A stretch of DNA of 64,000 bases from Verrucomicrobiia bacterium (GCA_963664225.1 OY760937.1:1376001-1440000); one strand, 5' to 3'; counted from the stretch's first letter, positions 28,462 to 38,947 are shown. The notes: generated by a model from the letters alone, not told the origin. Translations and numbers: made by a program.

Positions 28462-29898
28462 ATGCCCACACGAAGAGATTTTATCAAAGCCACCGGTTTG
28501 GCCACTGCCGCCATTGGAGCGGGACTCGTTTCCGTCAACGCTGCAGCCGTTTCCGGATTCACTTCCATGCGTCCGGCGCCGGAGAAACGCCGCTTCTCGA
28601 GTCAGGCGGTCGAAGACACCATCGTCGAGGTTAAAAAGGCGATGGGCGACGACGAATTGGCCTGGATGTTTGAAAACTGTTTCCCCAACACCCTCGACAC
28701 TACGGTTACGTATTACGAGAAGAACGGGAAGCCCTACACCTATATCATCACCGGCGATATCGACGCCATGTGGCTGCGCGATTCCTCCGCCCAAGTCTGG
28801 CCCTATCTCCCGCTTTGCAACAAGGATGAAAAGCTCAAAAAGCTTCTTCAGGGCGCCATCAACAAGCAGGCGGAATTTGTCCTGCTCGACCCCTACGCCA
28901 ACGCGTTCTATGACGATCCCAAAAAGAAAGGCGAGTGGGCGAGTGATAACACTCAGATGAAACCCGGTGTTCACGAACGCAAATGGGAGGTGGATTCCCT
29001 TTGCTACGTGATTCGCCTGGCCCATGGCTATTGGAAGGCGACCGGCGACAGCACCCCTTTTGATTCCCAGTGGCAGGATGCGATGAAGCTCATTGTGAAG
29101 ACCTTCAAGGAGCAGCAGCGCAAGGAAAACAAAGGTCCGTACAAGTTCCAAAGGAAAACAACGGTGCCCACCGACACCCAGTTTGGAGGCGGCTGGGGCA
29201 ACCCCACGAAGAAGGTCGGCCTTATCCACTCCATGTTCCGTCCGTCTGACGATTCGACGTTTTATCCGTTCCTCATTTCGTCAAATATGTTTGCCGTCGT
29301 GTCCTTGCGGCAGTTGAGCGATATCTTTGCCACCGTGGTCAAGGATGCCACCTTTGCCGCCGAGTGCCGGGCCCTCGCCACGGAGGTCGATGCCGCCATC
29401 AAACACTACGCCCACGCCCGTCACCTGGATTTCGGCCAGATTTATGCCCTGGAAATCGACGGTTTCGGCAACATGCTCTTCATGGACGACGCCAATGTGC
29501 CGAACTTGCTCTCCATCCCCTACCTCGGTTACGCCTCCATTGACGATCCGGTTTACAAAAACTCGCGCCGTTTCTCCTTGAGCCACAGCAATCCCTGGTA
29601 TCACGAAGGCAAATTTGCTGCCGGGATCGGCGGACCCCACGTCGGCGAAAACAAGATCTGGCCCCTGGGCATCGTCATGCGTGCGCTCACCAGCCATGAT
29701 GACAAGGAGATTGTTTATTGCCTGACAACTCTTAAGAAAACTCATGCGGGAACCGGATTCATTCACGAATCCTTCCATGTGGATGATCCCAAGGACTTTT
29801 CGCGTTCCTGGTTCGCCTGGGCGAATACCATATTCGGTGAATTGATTTGCCAGCTTTACAAGGAAAAACCCGACTTGCTCAAACGAAAGTTGGATTAG
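28462..29898 (+). CDS. Glycoside hydrolase family 125 (exo-alpha-1,6-mannosidase), Tat-exported
   Basis: TRRDFIK Tat motif; CFPNTLDTT, TGDIDAMWLRDS, ERKWEVDSL, MDDANVP, WFAWAN. Confidence 0.95.
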   Translation: MPTRRDFIKATGLATAAIGAGLVSVNAAAVSGFTSMRPAPEKRRFSSQAVEDTIVEVKKAMGDDELAWMFENCFPNTLDTTVTYYEKNGKPYTYIITGDIDAMWLRDSSAQVWPYLPLCNKDEKLKKLLQGAINKQAEFVLLDPYANAFYDDPKKKGEWASDNTQMKPGVHERKWEVDSLCYVIRLAHGYWKATGDSTPFDSQWQDAMKLIVKTFKEQQRKENKGPYKFQRKTTVPTDTQFGGGWGNPTKKVGLIHSMFRPSDDSTFYPFLISSNMFAVVSLRQLSDIFATVVKDATFAAECRALATEVDAAIKHYAHARHLDFGQIYALEIDGFGNMLFMDDANVPNLLSIPYLGYASIDDPVYKNSRRFSLSHSNPWYHEGKFAAGIGGPHVGENKIWPLGIVMRALTSHDDKEIVYCLTTLKKTHAGTGFIHESFHVDDPKDFSRSWFAWANTIFGELICQLYKEKPDLLKRKLD

Positions 29899-30269
29899 CC
29901 GGAATTGCCCGGCAACCTGATGAGCGCCAAAAGATACCGGCGCTTTCCTGAAGGCGTCGAACCAGATCGGACATCCCAATCTGGTTCGGGTTGACCAGTT
30001 TAACAAGCGGCCACCGTCCGACCTTTGAAGAAAGCCGTCGATGGTGATGTCCAGGCGCAAGTCAGGACAAATTCCAATAACCCGCCTTGTTTCTCCCTTT
30101 ACGGTTTGTTCAACCCCAAATGCGAATTTTAACTTTCGCGCAATTCGCTCATGCAGCGAATGAATCCCATTTTCTTAATCCGCATAAGGGCCGATCTGGC
30201 ACCCTCGGCATGCGGAATTAATTTGCAATCTCGTTTTACAGGTGGACTTTACAGACAGAGCGCAAAACC

Positions 30270-30521
30270 ATGAAAACCTTTATCATCACGGACGGCGGAG
30301 TCACGCAGACGGCCTCAACCTTAACCGATGCGGCCGAGATTTGCGAACGCTGGTACGACTCAATGCAGGCCAACGGTACAATGCCATCCGTGCCACCACC
30401 CGATCTCGACGCAAGCAGCCTCGACGCGCTGAATGCCAGCATTGACGCATGGGAGCAGGGGATCGCCCAGCAAAGCGGAAGCAAGTGTGCAAAGCTCAGT
30501 GTTACCTTAATGCAGCCGTAA
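30270..30521 (+). CDS. Hypothetical small acidic protein
   Basis: ATG-started ORF with plausible codon use; no recognised motif. Confidence 0.45.
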   Translation: MKTFIITDGGVTQTASTLTDAAEICERWYDSMQANGTMPSVPPPDLDASSLDALNASIDAWEQGIAQQSGSKCAKLSVTLMQP

Positions 30522-30778
30522 TAACACTCCAAGCCATCGGGTGGTCGTTTTGAGGAATCGGACGTCTCTTGCATGCATGCGCCCCCCCCTTCCACAAAAA
30601 ACCTTGTTCTTATTCACGCCATTGTCGCGGCGAACCCTGTGGCGCCAATCTTTCCAATGCCAGGCTGGATTGCTTTTGACTTATTGGGGGATGAAATGTT
30701 GCACTCACAAAGAGTTGTGTATGGCTGCATTTTGTGTTAAACTCAAGGACGTTAATTGAGTAAGGGATATGGAATTTC

Positions 30779-31537
30779 ATGAAAGCCAATGATAAAACAT
30801 CGATCTGTGCGCCCATCAGATCAATGCCGGTGATTTCTTCCTTTGGCATTGCGGCATCTCCGCATTGGACCAGGGTTTTGTGCGCGGTTTTGTGTTCGTG
30901 TCTGATGCTGGCGGCTTATTCCGGCATTGCTGCGGAACAGTCCACAAATTCAAGTCCATCAATGACACTTGATGTCAAACCGGACCTCCAGACTTCCTCC
31001 GGCATTTGGCGGGATGGAATTGGAACTGGCTTCCAAAAAGGAACTGAGGAAGGATCCCTTGCCTTTGGAACGGGAATAGGGATGCGGAGCTTTGGAAGCA
31101 CTCAGGCGCATGATTTGATGCTGGGCCGCGTTGGTTACGGACGCATCTTGACAGATGTGATCGGAGGCAACTGTTGCTTGCGTGGAAATCTGGAGGGCGG
31201 GGTGGAATTACTGGGTGGTGGACAGTATTATCCCAGGGGAGCATACCTCTTCGGATTGACGCCGCTCCTTCGCTATAATATTGCGACGGGCAGCCGGTGG
31301 ATGCCGTTTATGGATGCCGGAGCTGGAGTGTCGGCCACGGATATTGGAAGGCCGGACTTGGGCAGCGTTTTCGAGTTCAATCTTCAGGCTGGTGCGGGAT
31401 GCCACTATTTTCTTAAGCAAAATCTGGCCCTGACTCTCCAATACCGCATTATTCATCTGTCAAATGCACGGATCGCCACTCCCAATCTTGGTGCCAATGC
31501 CAGCCTTGTGTATCTGGGCATCATCCGCTTCTTCTGA
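30779..31537 (+). CDS. PagL-like lipid A 3-O-deacylase / acyloxyacyl hydrolase beta-barrel
   Basis: FEFNLQAGAG, HLSNA catalytic motif, C-terminal Phe; start uncertain. Confidence 0.8.
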   Translation: MKANDKTSICAPIRSMPVISSFGIAASPHWTRVLCAVLCSCLMLAAYSGIAAEQSTNSSPSMTLDVKPDLQTSSGIWRDGIGTGFQKGTEEGSLAFGTGIGMRSFGSTQAHDLMLGRVGYGRILTDVIGGNCCLRGNLEGGVELLGGGQYYPRGAYLFGLTPLLRYNIATGSRWMPFMDAGAGVSATDIGRPDLGSVFEFNLQAGAGCHYFLKQNLALTLQYRIIHLSNARIATPNLGANASLVYLGIIRFF

Positions 31538-31694
31538 GCCTGAATTCACCAGTTAGGGGCGAACTGATCGAAGTTTTGAGCCAGTGAGGTGGACACGGTG
31601 ATTTCCTTTCAGCAGCGGCTATGAAGCTGCACCCCTGTTTCCGTATGGAATTGTCCGGGGGAACTCGGGACTAACCCCGGGATTTTTATCTGGC

Positions 31695-33173
31695 TTAAGC
31701 AAGATCCTCCAGCAGCAGGCGCGCACTGATGCGGGCGGATTCAAAAATCACCGGCAGACCACTCCCGGGATGTGTGCCGCCCCCCACCAGATACATGCGG
31801 TCGAATTCCTCGAAACGGTTGCGCGGGCGCAAATGGAGCATCTGGCCGAGATTGTGGGCAAGATTGAAAGTCGCACCGCGATAGATTCCAACTTTGTTTT
31901 CCCACTCAGCCGGGGTGACCATGCGCTCGAAGCGAATGCGCTTTTCGATGTCGGTCAAACCCAGTTTGGCCAGTTGCCGCAATGCGACTTGCCGGTAGCG
32001 GAAGCGCTCCCTGCCCCAGTCAATGTTCGGATGCTGATGGCTTACAGGTACCAGCACATACAAAGCACTGTGGCCCGGTGGCGCCATCGTTTGGTCAGTG
32101 CGGCACGGATTCTCGACATAGAACGAAGGGTCTTCGGTGAGCACGTGCTGATTCTCGATTTCGTCAAGGTTCTGCCGGTAATTCGCGGCCACGTAAATGT
32201 TGTGGTGCTGAAGCTGCTCGTAGCGGCCTTCGATTCCCAGATAAAGCATGAAGGTGGAGCAGGAAAAGCGTTTGCTGGCGATGGTTTTGTTGGTCCAACG
32301 GTGTCGCAGTCGTTCAGGCACGAGTGTGGTCATCGCATGACCAAAGTCGGCGTTCACCACCACCGCATCGGACCGGTACTCACCTTGCGCGGTGCGAGCG
32401 CCCACAGCCCTCCGACCCTCGAATAGAATTTCTTCCACAGGCTCGTCCAGCCGGATGGTCACACCGAGTTCTGTGGCCACGCGCGCCATGCCGCGAGTGA
32501 GCGCGTTACAGCCTCCGATCGGATGCCAGATGCCGTGTTCGTATTCGAGAAAAGAGAGAATCGAGAACAGGCTGGGACATTTAAAAGGAGACATCCCCAG
32601 GTATTTCGACTGGAAGGTGAATGCCAATTGCAGACGCGGATCCTGGAAGTAACCGGCCAGTTCTGCGTGCAACGATTTCCACGGCTTCAGGTAAGGAAGC
32701 ACCGCAAGCAGGCGCGCTTGCAGGAGGCTCGTCCAGCCGGGAAATGGCGATTGCAAACACGGCGCAAACTTCTCCAGCTTCACACGGTTGTAATCCATGA
32801 ACCGGCGAAACTGCGGTGCATCGTCCGGCGCCAACTTCGCGATTTCCGCCTCCATCTGCACGATATCCGATTTGCATAGCAGTTCGCCACCAGCGCCAAA
32901 GACGAGCCGGTATTGAGGATCGAGCCGCTTCATCGGGATTTCAGTGCGGAGATCGCGACCGACCTCGGTGAATATTTCCTCCAGGATTTGTGGGTAGAGG
33001 AAAAAGGTGGGACCGAGGTCAAAGCGAAATCCTTCGGCTTCAATGGCCGAAGTCCGGCCGCCAACGCGCGGTTGCTTTTCCAGAATGGTGACTTGCTTTC
33101 CTGCTTTAGCCAATAGTAACGCAGTCGCCAACGCGCCTGGTCCAGCGCCGATGATTAGCACTTGCTGTGACAT
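31695..33173 (-). CDS. crtN: CrtN-type 4,4'-diapophytoene desaturase
   Basis: IIGAGPG FAD motif, FDLGPTFF, FQSKYLGMSP, GGGTHPGSGLP. Confidence 0.75.
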   Translation of the reverse strand: MSQQVLIIGAGPGALATALLLAKAGKQVTILEKQPRVGGRTSAIEAEGFRFDLGPTFFLYPQILEEIFTEVGRDLRTEIPMKRLDPQYRLVFGAGGELLCKSDIVQMEAEIAKLAPDDAPQFRRFMDYNRVKLEKFAPCLQSPFPGWTSLLQARLLAVLPYLKPWKSLHAELAGYFQDPRLQLAFTFQSKYLGMSPFKCPSLFSILSFLEYEHGIWHPIGGCNALTRGMARVATELGVTIRLDEPVEEILFEGRRAVGARTAQGEYRSDAVVVNADFGHAMTTLVPERLRHRWTNKTIASKRFSCSTFMLYLGIEGRYEQLQHHNIYVAANYRQNLDEIENQHVLTEDPSFYVENPCRTDQTMAPPGHSALYVLVPVSHQHPNIDWGRERFRYRQVALRQLAKLGLTDIEKRIRFERMVTPAEWENKVGIYRGATFNLAHNLGQMLHLRPRNRFEEFDRMYLVGGGTHPGSGLPVIFESARISARLLLEDLA

Positions 33174-33211
33174 GAGATTATTAATATCAGGCAATCAAGC
33201 CAATTGCAACC

Positions 33212-34594
33212 TCAGCCGCCCAGCATGAGACGATAGACGCGTTTGAGCGTGGCCAAGGTAATCCGCACGGGAGGGTAGCGCAGTTTTGAGTCGAACGCGA
33301 ATGATCGGCGCAATACGGAGCGGCGGTGAGTGAAACAATTGAAGCCCGCCTTTCCGTGGTAGGAGCCGAGACCGCTTTCGCCCAAACCGCCAAAGGGCAG
33401 TTGATGACCAAGGATATGCGTGACGGTGTCATTGAAGCAGACCCCCCCTGAGCGAGTGGCAGCCAGCACCTGGCTTTGTGCCTCACGGTCCCGGGTGAAG
33501 AGATACAATGCCAGCGGCGTTGGGCGATCACGGAGCAGCGCCAGCGCGTCTTCGAGTCGATCATATTCCATGACCGGAAGGATTGGGCCAAAAATTTCTT
33601 CCTGCATCACTGGGGCATCAACGGGAACGTTTGTCAGAATGGTCGGCGCGAGGTAGTGGTCATCCGCGTCGTAATGGCCGCCATGCGCTATCTTGCCCAC
33701 AGCGAGATAACCTGCCAACCGGTCGAAGTGCCGCCGGTTGATAATCCGGCCGTAGTCAGGGCTCTGTTGCGGGTCTTCACCGTAAAAGGCGCGTATCTCC
33801 CGTTTCATCGTTTCAACCAATGCCGGGACGAAACCACGTTCCACGAGCAGAAAATCGGGGGCGACGCATGTCTGACCTGCGTTCATGAATTTTCCCCAGA
33901 CGATGCGGCGGGCTGTGATGTTCAACGGCGCGTCCGCACAGACCAGACAGGGGCATTTTCCTCCGAGCTCCAGTGTCACAGGGGTTAAATGCCGGGCTGC
34001 GGCGGTCATCACGATGCGGCCAACACCCGTGCTCCCGGTGAAAAAGATCGTGTCGAATTTCTCCCTCAGCAATGCTTCCGCAGTCTCGTGTTCGCCCTGG
34101 ACGATCGTGAGGTATTCTGCGGGGAAGGTTGAGCTGATGATTTGGGCGATCGCTGCAGCGGTGCGCGGCGCAAATTCGGATGGCTTGAGCACGGCGCAAT
34201 TGCCGGCCGCCAGGGCGCTCGTCAAGGGTGACATGAGAAGTTGGAACGGGTAATTCCACGGTCCGATAATGAGGGCGACTCCATACGGTTCTGGCTGTAT
34301 GAATCCCTTTGATGGCCAGGCGATCAATGGAGAGGGACGCCGCCGGGTCTTCATCCAAACCGCCAGATGGCGAATCGCGTGTCGAATTTCGCTGATCACG
34401 AGGCCGATTTCCGAAGTGTAGGCCTCGTGCGGTGATTTGTGAAGATCCGCCTGCAACGCGTCCAGGATTACTTGTTCCTGGTCCTCTATGACTTTGCACA
34501 GCTTGACGAGTTGCGACTTGCGAAAATCCAGAGAACGCGTTGCCCCGGTTTGGAAGAATGCGCGCTGGCGTGCGATGAGGGCGGTGTAGTCCAT
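33212..34594 (-). CDS. aldH: Aldehyde dehydrogenase (probable diapocarotenoid aldehyde oxidase, AldH/CrtNc)
   Basis: PWNYP, FTGS, LELGGK, NAGQTCVAPD, EEIFGP; lies in the crt cluster. Confidence 0.8.
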   Translation of the reverse strand: MDYTALIARQRAFFQTGATRSLDFRKSQLVKLCKVIEDQEQVILDALQADLHKSPHEAYTSEIGLVISEIRHAIRHLAVWMKTRRRPSPLIAWPSKGFIQPEPYGVALIIGPWNYPFQLLMSPLTSALAAGNCAVLKPSEFAPRTAAAIAQIISSTFPAEYLTIVQGEHETAEALLREKFDTIFFTGSTGVGRIVMTAAARHLTPVTLELGGKCPCLVCADAPLNITARRIVWGKFMNAGQTCVAPDFLLVERGFVPALVETMKREIRAFYGEDPQQSPDYGRIINRRHFDRLAGYLAVGKIAHGGHYDADDHYLAPTILTNVPVDAPVMQEEIFGPILPVMEYDRLEDALALLRDRPTPLALYLFTRDREAQSQVLAATRSGGVCFNDTVTHILGHQLPFGGLGESGLGSYHGKAGFNCFTHRRSVLRRSFAFDSKLRYPPVRITLATLKRVYRLMLGG

Positions 34595-34640
34595 ATTGGG
34601 AATGGCTAAAGCTCTGTGACGAGTGTATGATAGTCAAGCG

Positions 34641-35414
34641 ATGATTCGCTGGATATCGATCTGGATTTGCCTTGCGGCGGTGCTGCTGCGGGGGGAATCT
34701 GCAACAGATACACTTGCCGCAAACGGTGTGGCAGAATTCAAGGCGGCTTATCAGGCATGGGATGGCGCGCGTTTTGGCGTGGCGGCGCAACTTTTCCGTC
34801 AGGCGTGCATGAACGCGCCCGGGTTCTGCACAAACTTTTACTGGCTGGGAGTGGCGCAGTTTCATCGAATGCTCCAATTGCAAACTCTGCCTGCTTCTCC
34901 TGCGAACACAGTTGCTGCCGACGCGGCCATGGAGGATGCTTTGGCTGCCCTCAAAACCGCGGTAAAGCTCGACGAGCGAAATGCTGAAAGCCACGCCCTG
35001 CTGGGCACACTTTACGGGATGAAGATTAATGGGAGTCTGGCGCGCGCCGCATGGTTTGGTCCGCGCGTCCAGAGCCATCGCAATAAGGCGCTGGAGGCCG
35101 GTGCTGAGAATCCTCGCGTGCAGTATTTGCTCGGCATGTGCGAATTCCACACGGCGGACAAGCCGCCGGCGCGGCGCGAGGCGCTTGCCAGGTTGCTGAT
35201 CGCGGAGAAACTCTTTGAGGCGGAAGCGCACCATCCTCCCGGACCTCTGGAACCACGCTGGGGATGGAGCAGTTGCCTTACTTTCATCGGGCGCACCTAT
35301 GAATTACTGGGACGGAGTCAGGAAGCATCAGGTTACTTTCGCAAGGCTCTCGCGGCGCACCCCGCCGATCATATCGCGAAGGAGGGCTTGGGACGCGTTA
35401 TGGAAAAGAAATGA
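34641..35414 (+). CDS. Secreted TPR-like helical repeat protein
   Basis: Signal peptide; TPR-like AESHALLGTLYG, PRVQYLLG, FRKALAAHP; 7 nt from crtP. Confidence 0.7.
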   Translation: MIRWISIWICLAAVLLRGESATDTLAANGVAEFKAAYQAWDGARFGVAAQLFRQACMNAPGFCTNFYWLGVAQFHRMLQLQTLPASPANTVAADAAMEDALAALKTAVKLDERNAESHALLGTLYGMKINGSLARAAWFGPRVQSHRNKALEAGAENPRVQYLLGMCEFHTADKPPARREALARLLIAEKLFEAEAHHPPGPLEPRWGWSSCLTFIGRTYELLGRSQEASGYFRKALAAHPADHIAKEGLGRVMEKK

Positions 35415-35421
35415 AGCAAAT

Positions 35422-36903
35422 ATGAGCAAAAAGCAGGTCATCGTCATCGGATCAGGGCTGGGCGGATTATCCGCAGCCATTTCGCTGGCTCAGGAAGGTT
35501 ACGCCGTCGCGATTCACGAGAAGAATGTGAGGATTGGCGGTAAACTTAACGTGCTGAAGGAGCATGGCTTTAGCTTTGACCTTGGCCCATCCATCCTCAC
35601 CCTTCCACACATTTTTCAACGCTTGTTCGAGCGCAGCGGCAGGAAGATGAGCGATTACATTGCGATTCGTCCCTTGCGTCCCCATTGGCGCAACTTCTTT
35701 GAGGATGGCAAGATCGTGGACCTGTATCCTGAGCCGGATCGAATGGCGGACGAGGCGCTGAAAGTGGGTGAAGATCCTGTTAATGTGCAACGATTTCTGA
35801 AGTATTCCGCCGACCTTTACGATCTGGTGAATGCGGGTTACTTTGAGCAGGGCCTCGACACTTCGCAAGAATTTGGCCGCTTCTACGGCCTCTGGAAATT
35901 CTCCAAATTCGATCTGTTCCGCACCATGCACGGGGGCGTGAAGCGGTTTCTAAAGACGCGTTACATGCAGGACATCTTCGACTACTTTATCAAGTATGTC
36001 GGCTCGTCGGCTTATCATTCCCCGGCCTTCATGAATTGCCTCCCCACAATCCAGTTTCGCTACGATCTCTGGTACGTGGAGGGCGGACTTTACAATATCG
36101 CTCTTGGTCTCCAGCGTTTGATGGACGAACTCGGCATCGTCGTTCACCTTGACAGCGAGGTCGTGGAAGTCCGTAAGAATGGCGGTCATGTCACCGGGCT
36201 CGTGACGAAGGACGGCCAGTTCCATTCCGCCCACATCATTGTCTCGAACATGGAAGTCATCCCTGCTTACGAACGGCTGTTGCGCGAAGACAAAAATTTC
36301 ATGCACACGCTGGAAAAGTTGGAGCCATCCTGCTCTGGCCTCGTTCTTGAACTGGGTCTCGATTGCAAGTATCCCCAACTGGCTCACCACAACTTCTTTT
36401 TTTCAGATGACCAGCGTGAGCATTTTAACACCGTTTTCCGCAAACGCCAGTTGCCGCCCGACCCCACAATCTACCTCGTGGCAGCCTCCAAGACCGATCC
36501 GTCCGTTGCGCCGCCTGGCTGCGATTGCCTGAAAATATTGCCCCACATCCCGCACATTGACGACGAGCACCCCTTGACCCGCGAGGATTACCTCGTCTTC
36601 AAGGAGCGCGTGTTGAACAAGCTGGAACGGATGGGACTAAAGGATCTGAGAAAACACGTTGTTTTTGAGCATTGCTGGACTCCGCTGGATATTCGCGAGC
36701 AGTATTACTCCAATAAGGGCTCGATTTATGGTGTTGTCAGCGATCGTTTCAAAAACCTGGCCTTCAAGGCACCCAAGCAAAGCACCAAGTACCCGAACCT
36801 ATTCTTCGTCGGCGGCTCGGTAAATCCGGGTGGCGGCATGCCCATGGTGGTGCTTTGCGGGCAGAACGTGGCCAGGAAGGTCGTTGCCTGGGACAAACAA
36901 TGA
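35422..36903 (+). CDS. crtP: CrtP/CrtNb-type diapolycopene oxygenase
   Basis: VIGSGLGG, FDLGPSILT, YFIKYVGSS, SNMEVIP, GGSVNPGGGMPMV. Confidence 0.85.
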   Translation: MSKKQVIVIGSGLGGLSAAISLAQEGYAVAIHEKNVRIGGKLNVLKEHGFSFDLGPSILTLPHIFQRLFERSGRKMSDYIAIRPLRPHWRNFFEDGKIVDLYPEPDRMADEALKVGEDPVNVQRFLKYSADLYDLVNAGYFEQGLDTSQEFGRFYGLWKFSKFDLFRTMHGGVKRFLKTRYMQDIFDYFIKYVGSSAYHSPAFMNCLPTIQFRYDLWYVEGGLYNIALGLQRLMDELGIVVHLDSEVVEVRKNGGHVTGLVTKDGQFHSAHIIVSNMEVIPAYERLLREDKNFMHTLEKLEPSCSGLVLELGLDCKYPQLAHHNFFFSDDQREHFNTVFRKRQLPPDPTIYLVAASKTDPSVAPPGCDCLKILPHIPHIDDEHPLTREDYLVFKERVLNKLERMGLKDLRKHVVFEHCWTPLDIREQYYSNKGSIYGVVSDRFKNLAFKAPKQSTKYPNLFFVGGSVNPGGGMPMVVLCGQNVARKVVAWDKQ

Positions 36904-37940
36904 CCCTCCTCACGCTTGCTCTCGCGTTTTGTTCAGTGGGCTTTTTCCTGCTGGGACGTCTTCGTTGCTCCGGTGGTGGTGCCAACGCACGGGGTTTGCC
37001 GGGGGCTTTGAGTATAATCATCCCGGCACGCAATGAGGAGCACAACCTTCCTGCTTTGTTGGGGTCTTTGGTGACGCAGTCGGTCAAGCCGCACGAGATC
37101 ATTGTTGTGGACGACGGTTCGACTGATCGCACCGCTGAAATCGCCCGACAACTGGGCGCATCCGTGATCGCCTCGGATTCGCTTCCCGAAGGTTGGCGTG
37201 GCAAGACCTGGGCATGTCATCAAGGGGCGCAAGCTGCGACAGGCGACCACCTGCTATTCCTGGACGCCGACACCTGGTTCGAGCCAGAGGGTCTTGCCTG
37301 GATTCTGTCTAAATATTCCGGAGGCGCATTTTCCGTCGGGCCGTATCATGTGGTGATTAAACCTTACGAGGATTTTTCCCTTTTCTTCAACCTCAACATG
37401 AACTTTGGGACTTTGCCGCACGGTTTGTTCGGACAAATGTTGCTCATCGATCGCGAAAGCTATCGGCATGTTGGCGGACACGAAGCTGTCAAGGGCCGGA
37501 TTCTGGAGAACTTTTGGCTGGCGGAGCAGCTTGACAGAGCCGGGATCCAAGTCAGTAGCATGATCGGCCGGGGGGCATTCTCGTTCCGTATGTACCCCAA
37601 AGGGCTGCGGGAGTTGATCGACGGCTGGACCAAGGGATTTGCTTCCGGTGCCGGGCAAACTGAGCCGGGGACGTTGCTCGCAGTGGTGGCTTGGATGATT
37701 GGACTGGTGCTTGTGTCTCTGGGGTGGCTGTTGGCTGGTGACTGGCGCCATTGGGGCGCCTTGTACCTGCTTTGCGCCGCACAGGTGTTGTGGGCTGGAA
37801 GAAGGGTTGGGACATTCCGTTGGTACACGGCGTTGTTTTACCCGGCGCCTCTGTTTTTTTTCTTTGTTCTGTTCGCCCGTTCGGCAATGCAATCAGGCAG
37901 GACGGTGAGTTGGAAAGGACGAAAAATCGATGCCGATTGA
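36900..37940 (+). CDS. crtQ: GT2 glycosyltransferase (CrtQ-like)
   Basis: IIPARNEE, VDDGSTD, GWRGKTWAC, FLDAD, RMYP..GWTK; ATGA overlap with crtP. Confidence 0.85.
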   Translation: MTLLTLALAFCSVGFFLLGRLRCSGGGANARGLPGALSIIIPARNEEHNLPALLGSLVTQSVKPHEIIVVDDGSTDRTAEIARQLGASVIASDSLPEGWRGKTWACHQGAQAATGDHLLFLDADTWFEPEGLAWILSKYSGGAFSVGPYHVVIKPYEDFSLFFNLNMNFGTLPHGLFGQMLLIDRESYRHVGGHEAVKGRILENFWLAEQLDRAGIQVSSMIGRGAFSFRMYPKGLRELIDGWTKGFASGAGQTEPGTLLAVVAWMIGLVLVSLGWLLAGDWRHWGALYLLCAAQVLWAGRRVGTFRWYTALFYPAPLFFFFVLFARSAMQSGRTVSWKGRKIDAD

Positions 37941-38397
37941 ACTGCCCATTGTTTGGATCATTGTGTTGAATATGGCTGGCTGGCTTGTCTTACAGCTTGG
38001 CCTTGCGTGGTTGTTCATGCGGATGCCCGTCTCATGGTTCAACCCTTGCAGGGCATTTGCATGGGAACGGAGCGGACGCTTCTACGAACGCGTTTTTGCC
38101 ATTAAGAGATGGAAGGACCGCCTGCCCGATGCTGCACGGTGGTTTGGTGGAGGGTTCGCGAAAGGCACACTGGCCGGAACGAATACCGGTTATCTGCAGC
38201 GATTCGTTCGCGAAACCTGGCGGGGTGAACTTTGCCATTGGTCGGCTATCGCATTCGCTCCAGCGTTCTTTTTGTGGAATCCGTGGTGGGGTGACCTGAT
38301 CATCGTGGGATACGCCGTGGCGGCCAACCTGCCTTGCATCCTGGCTCAACGCTACAATCGACTCCGCTTTGAGCGGTTGCTTGCTCGGCGCTCATGA
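37930..38397 (+). CDS. crtO: Glycosyl-4,4'-diaponeurosporenoate acyltransferase
   Basis: IKRWKDRLPD, ETWRGELCHW, NLPCILAQRYNR. Confidence 0.85.
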   Translation: MPIELPIVWIIVLNMAGWLVLQLGLAWLFMRMPVSWFNPCRAFAWERSGRFYERVFAIKRWKDRLPDAARWFGGGFAKGTLAGTNTGYLQRFVRETWRGELCHWSAIAFAPAFFLWNPWWGDLIIVGYAVAANLPCILAQRYNRLRFERLLARRS

Positions 38398-38651
38398 CCT
38401 TGCTGCCGAGCCACCGTATTGCCTGATGCCTGATTTTGCGTGCGGGGTGTGGAATTGCTGGATGCTGGAAAAAGTTGCCGCCAATGAATAATTGGCAAAA
38501 AGTGGCCTCCGCGGCAAAAAACCACAAAGCGCAGTCTTTGATTAATGGGGATTACAGGGCTGCACTAAACGAAACCACCTCCAAAGCTTGATGGAAAGTT
38601 GCTGAGGGGAGCGAGAGTTCCAGTTTAACTGGCTGCGGCCTCGAAGAAGGG

Positions 38652-38867
38652 CTAATTTAAACGCCAGACGATGCGCGCTTTATTCAAATCGTAGGGGGAC
38701 ATCTCCATCTTGACGCGATCACCAACGGTCAACCGCACCCAACGCTTGCGCATCTTGCCACAGATTGTGGCCAGAACGAGGTGCTTATTATTCAATTCAA
38801 CGCGAAACATGGTGCCCGCGAGCACCGTTTGGATGCGACCTTCGACTTCGATGGATTCTTCTTTCAT
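38652..38867 (-). CDS. infA: Translation initiation factor IF-1
   Basis: KEESIEVEG, MFRVELNN, GKMRK, GDRVKMEMSPYDL. Confidence 0.95.
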   Translation of the reverse strand: MKEESIEVEGRIQTVLAGTMFRVELNNKHLVLATICGKMRKRWVRLTVGDRVKMEMSPYDLNKARIVWRLN

Positions 38868-38947
38868 GCAATAGACAGGAATCGGCCCGGACAGACTCTG
38901 ACAACGACGCTTCGCAAAACGGGCCAAACAGGGAGAAGTCGTCCAAT

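Noticed and set aside
28282..29229. 316-aa N-terminal extension of the GH92 ORF
   Set aside because: Mostly antisense to GH125; a signal peptide begins at 28281
33813..35234. 473-aa minus-strand ORF
   Set aside because: Off-frame or antisense overlap with aldH and the TPR gene; no recognisable domain
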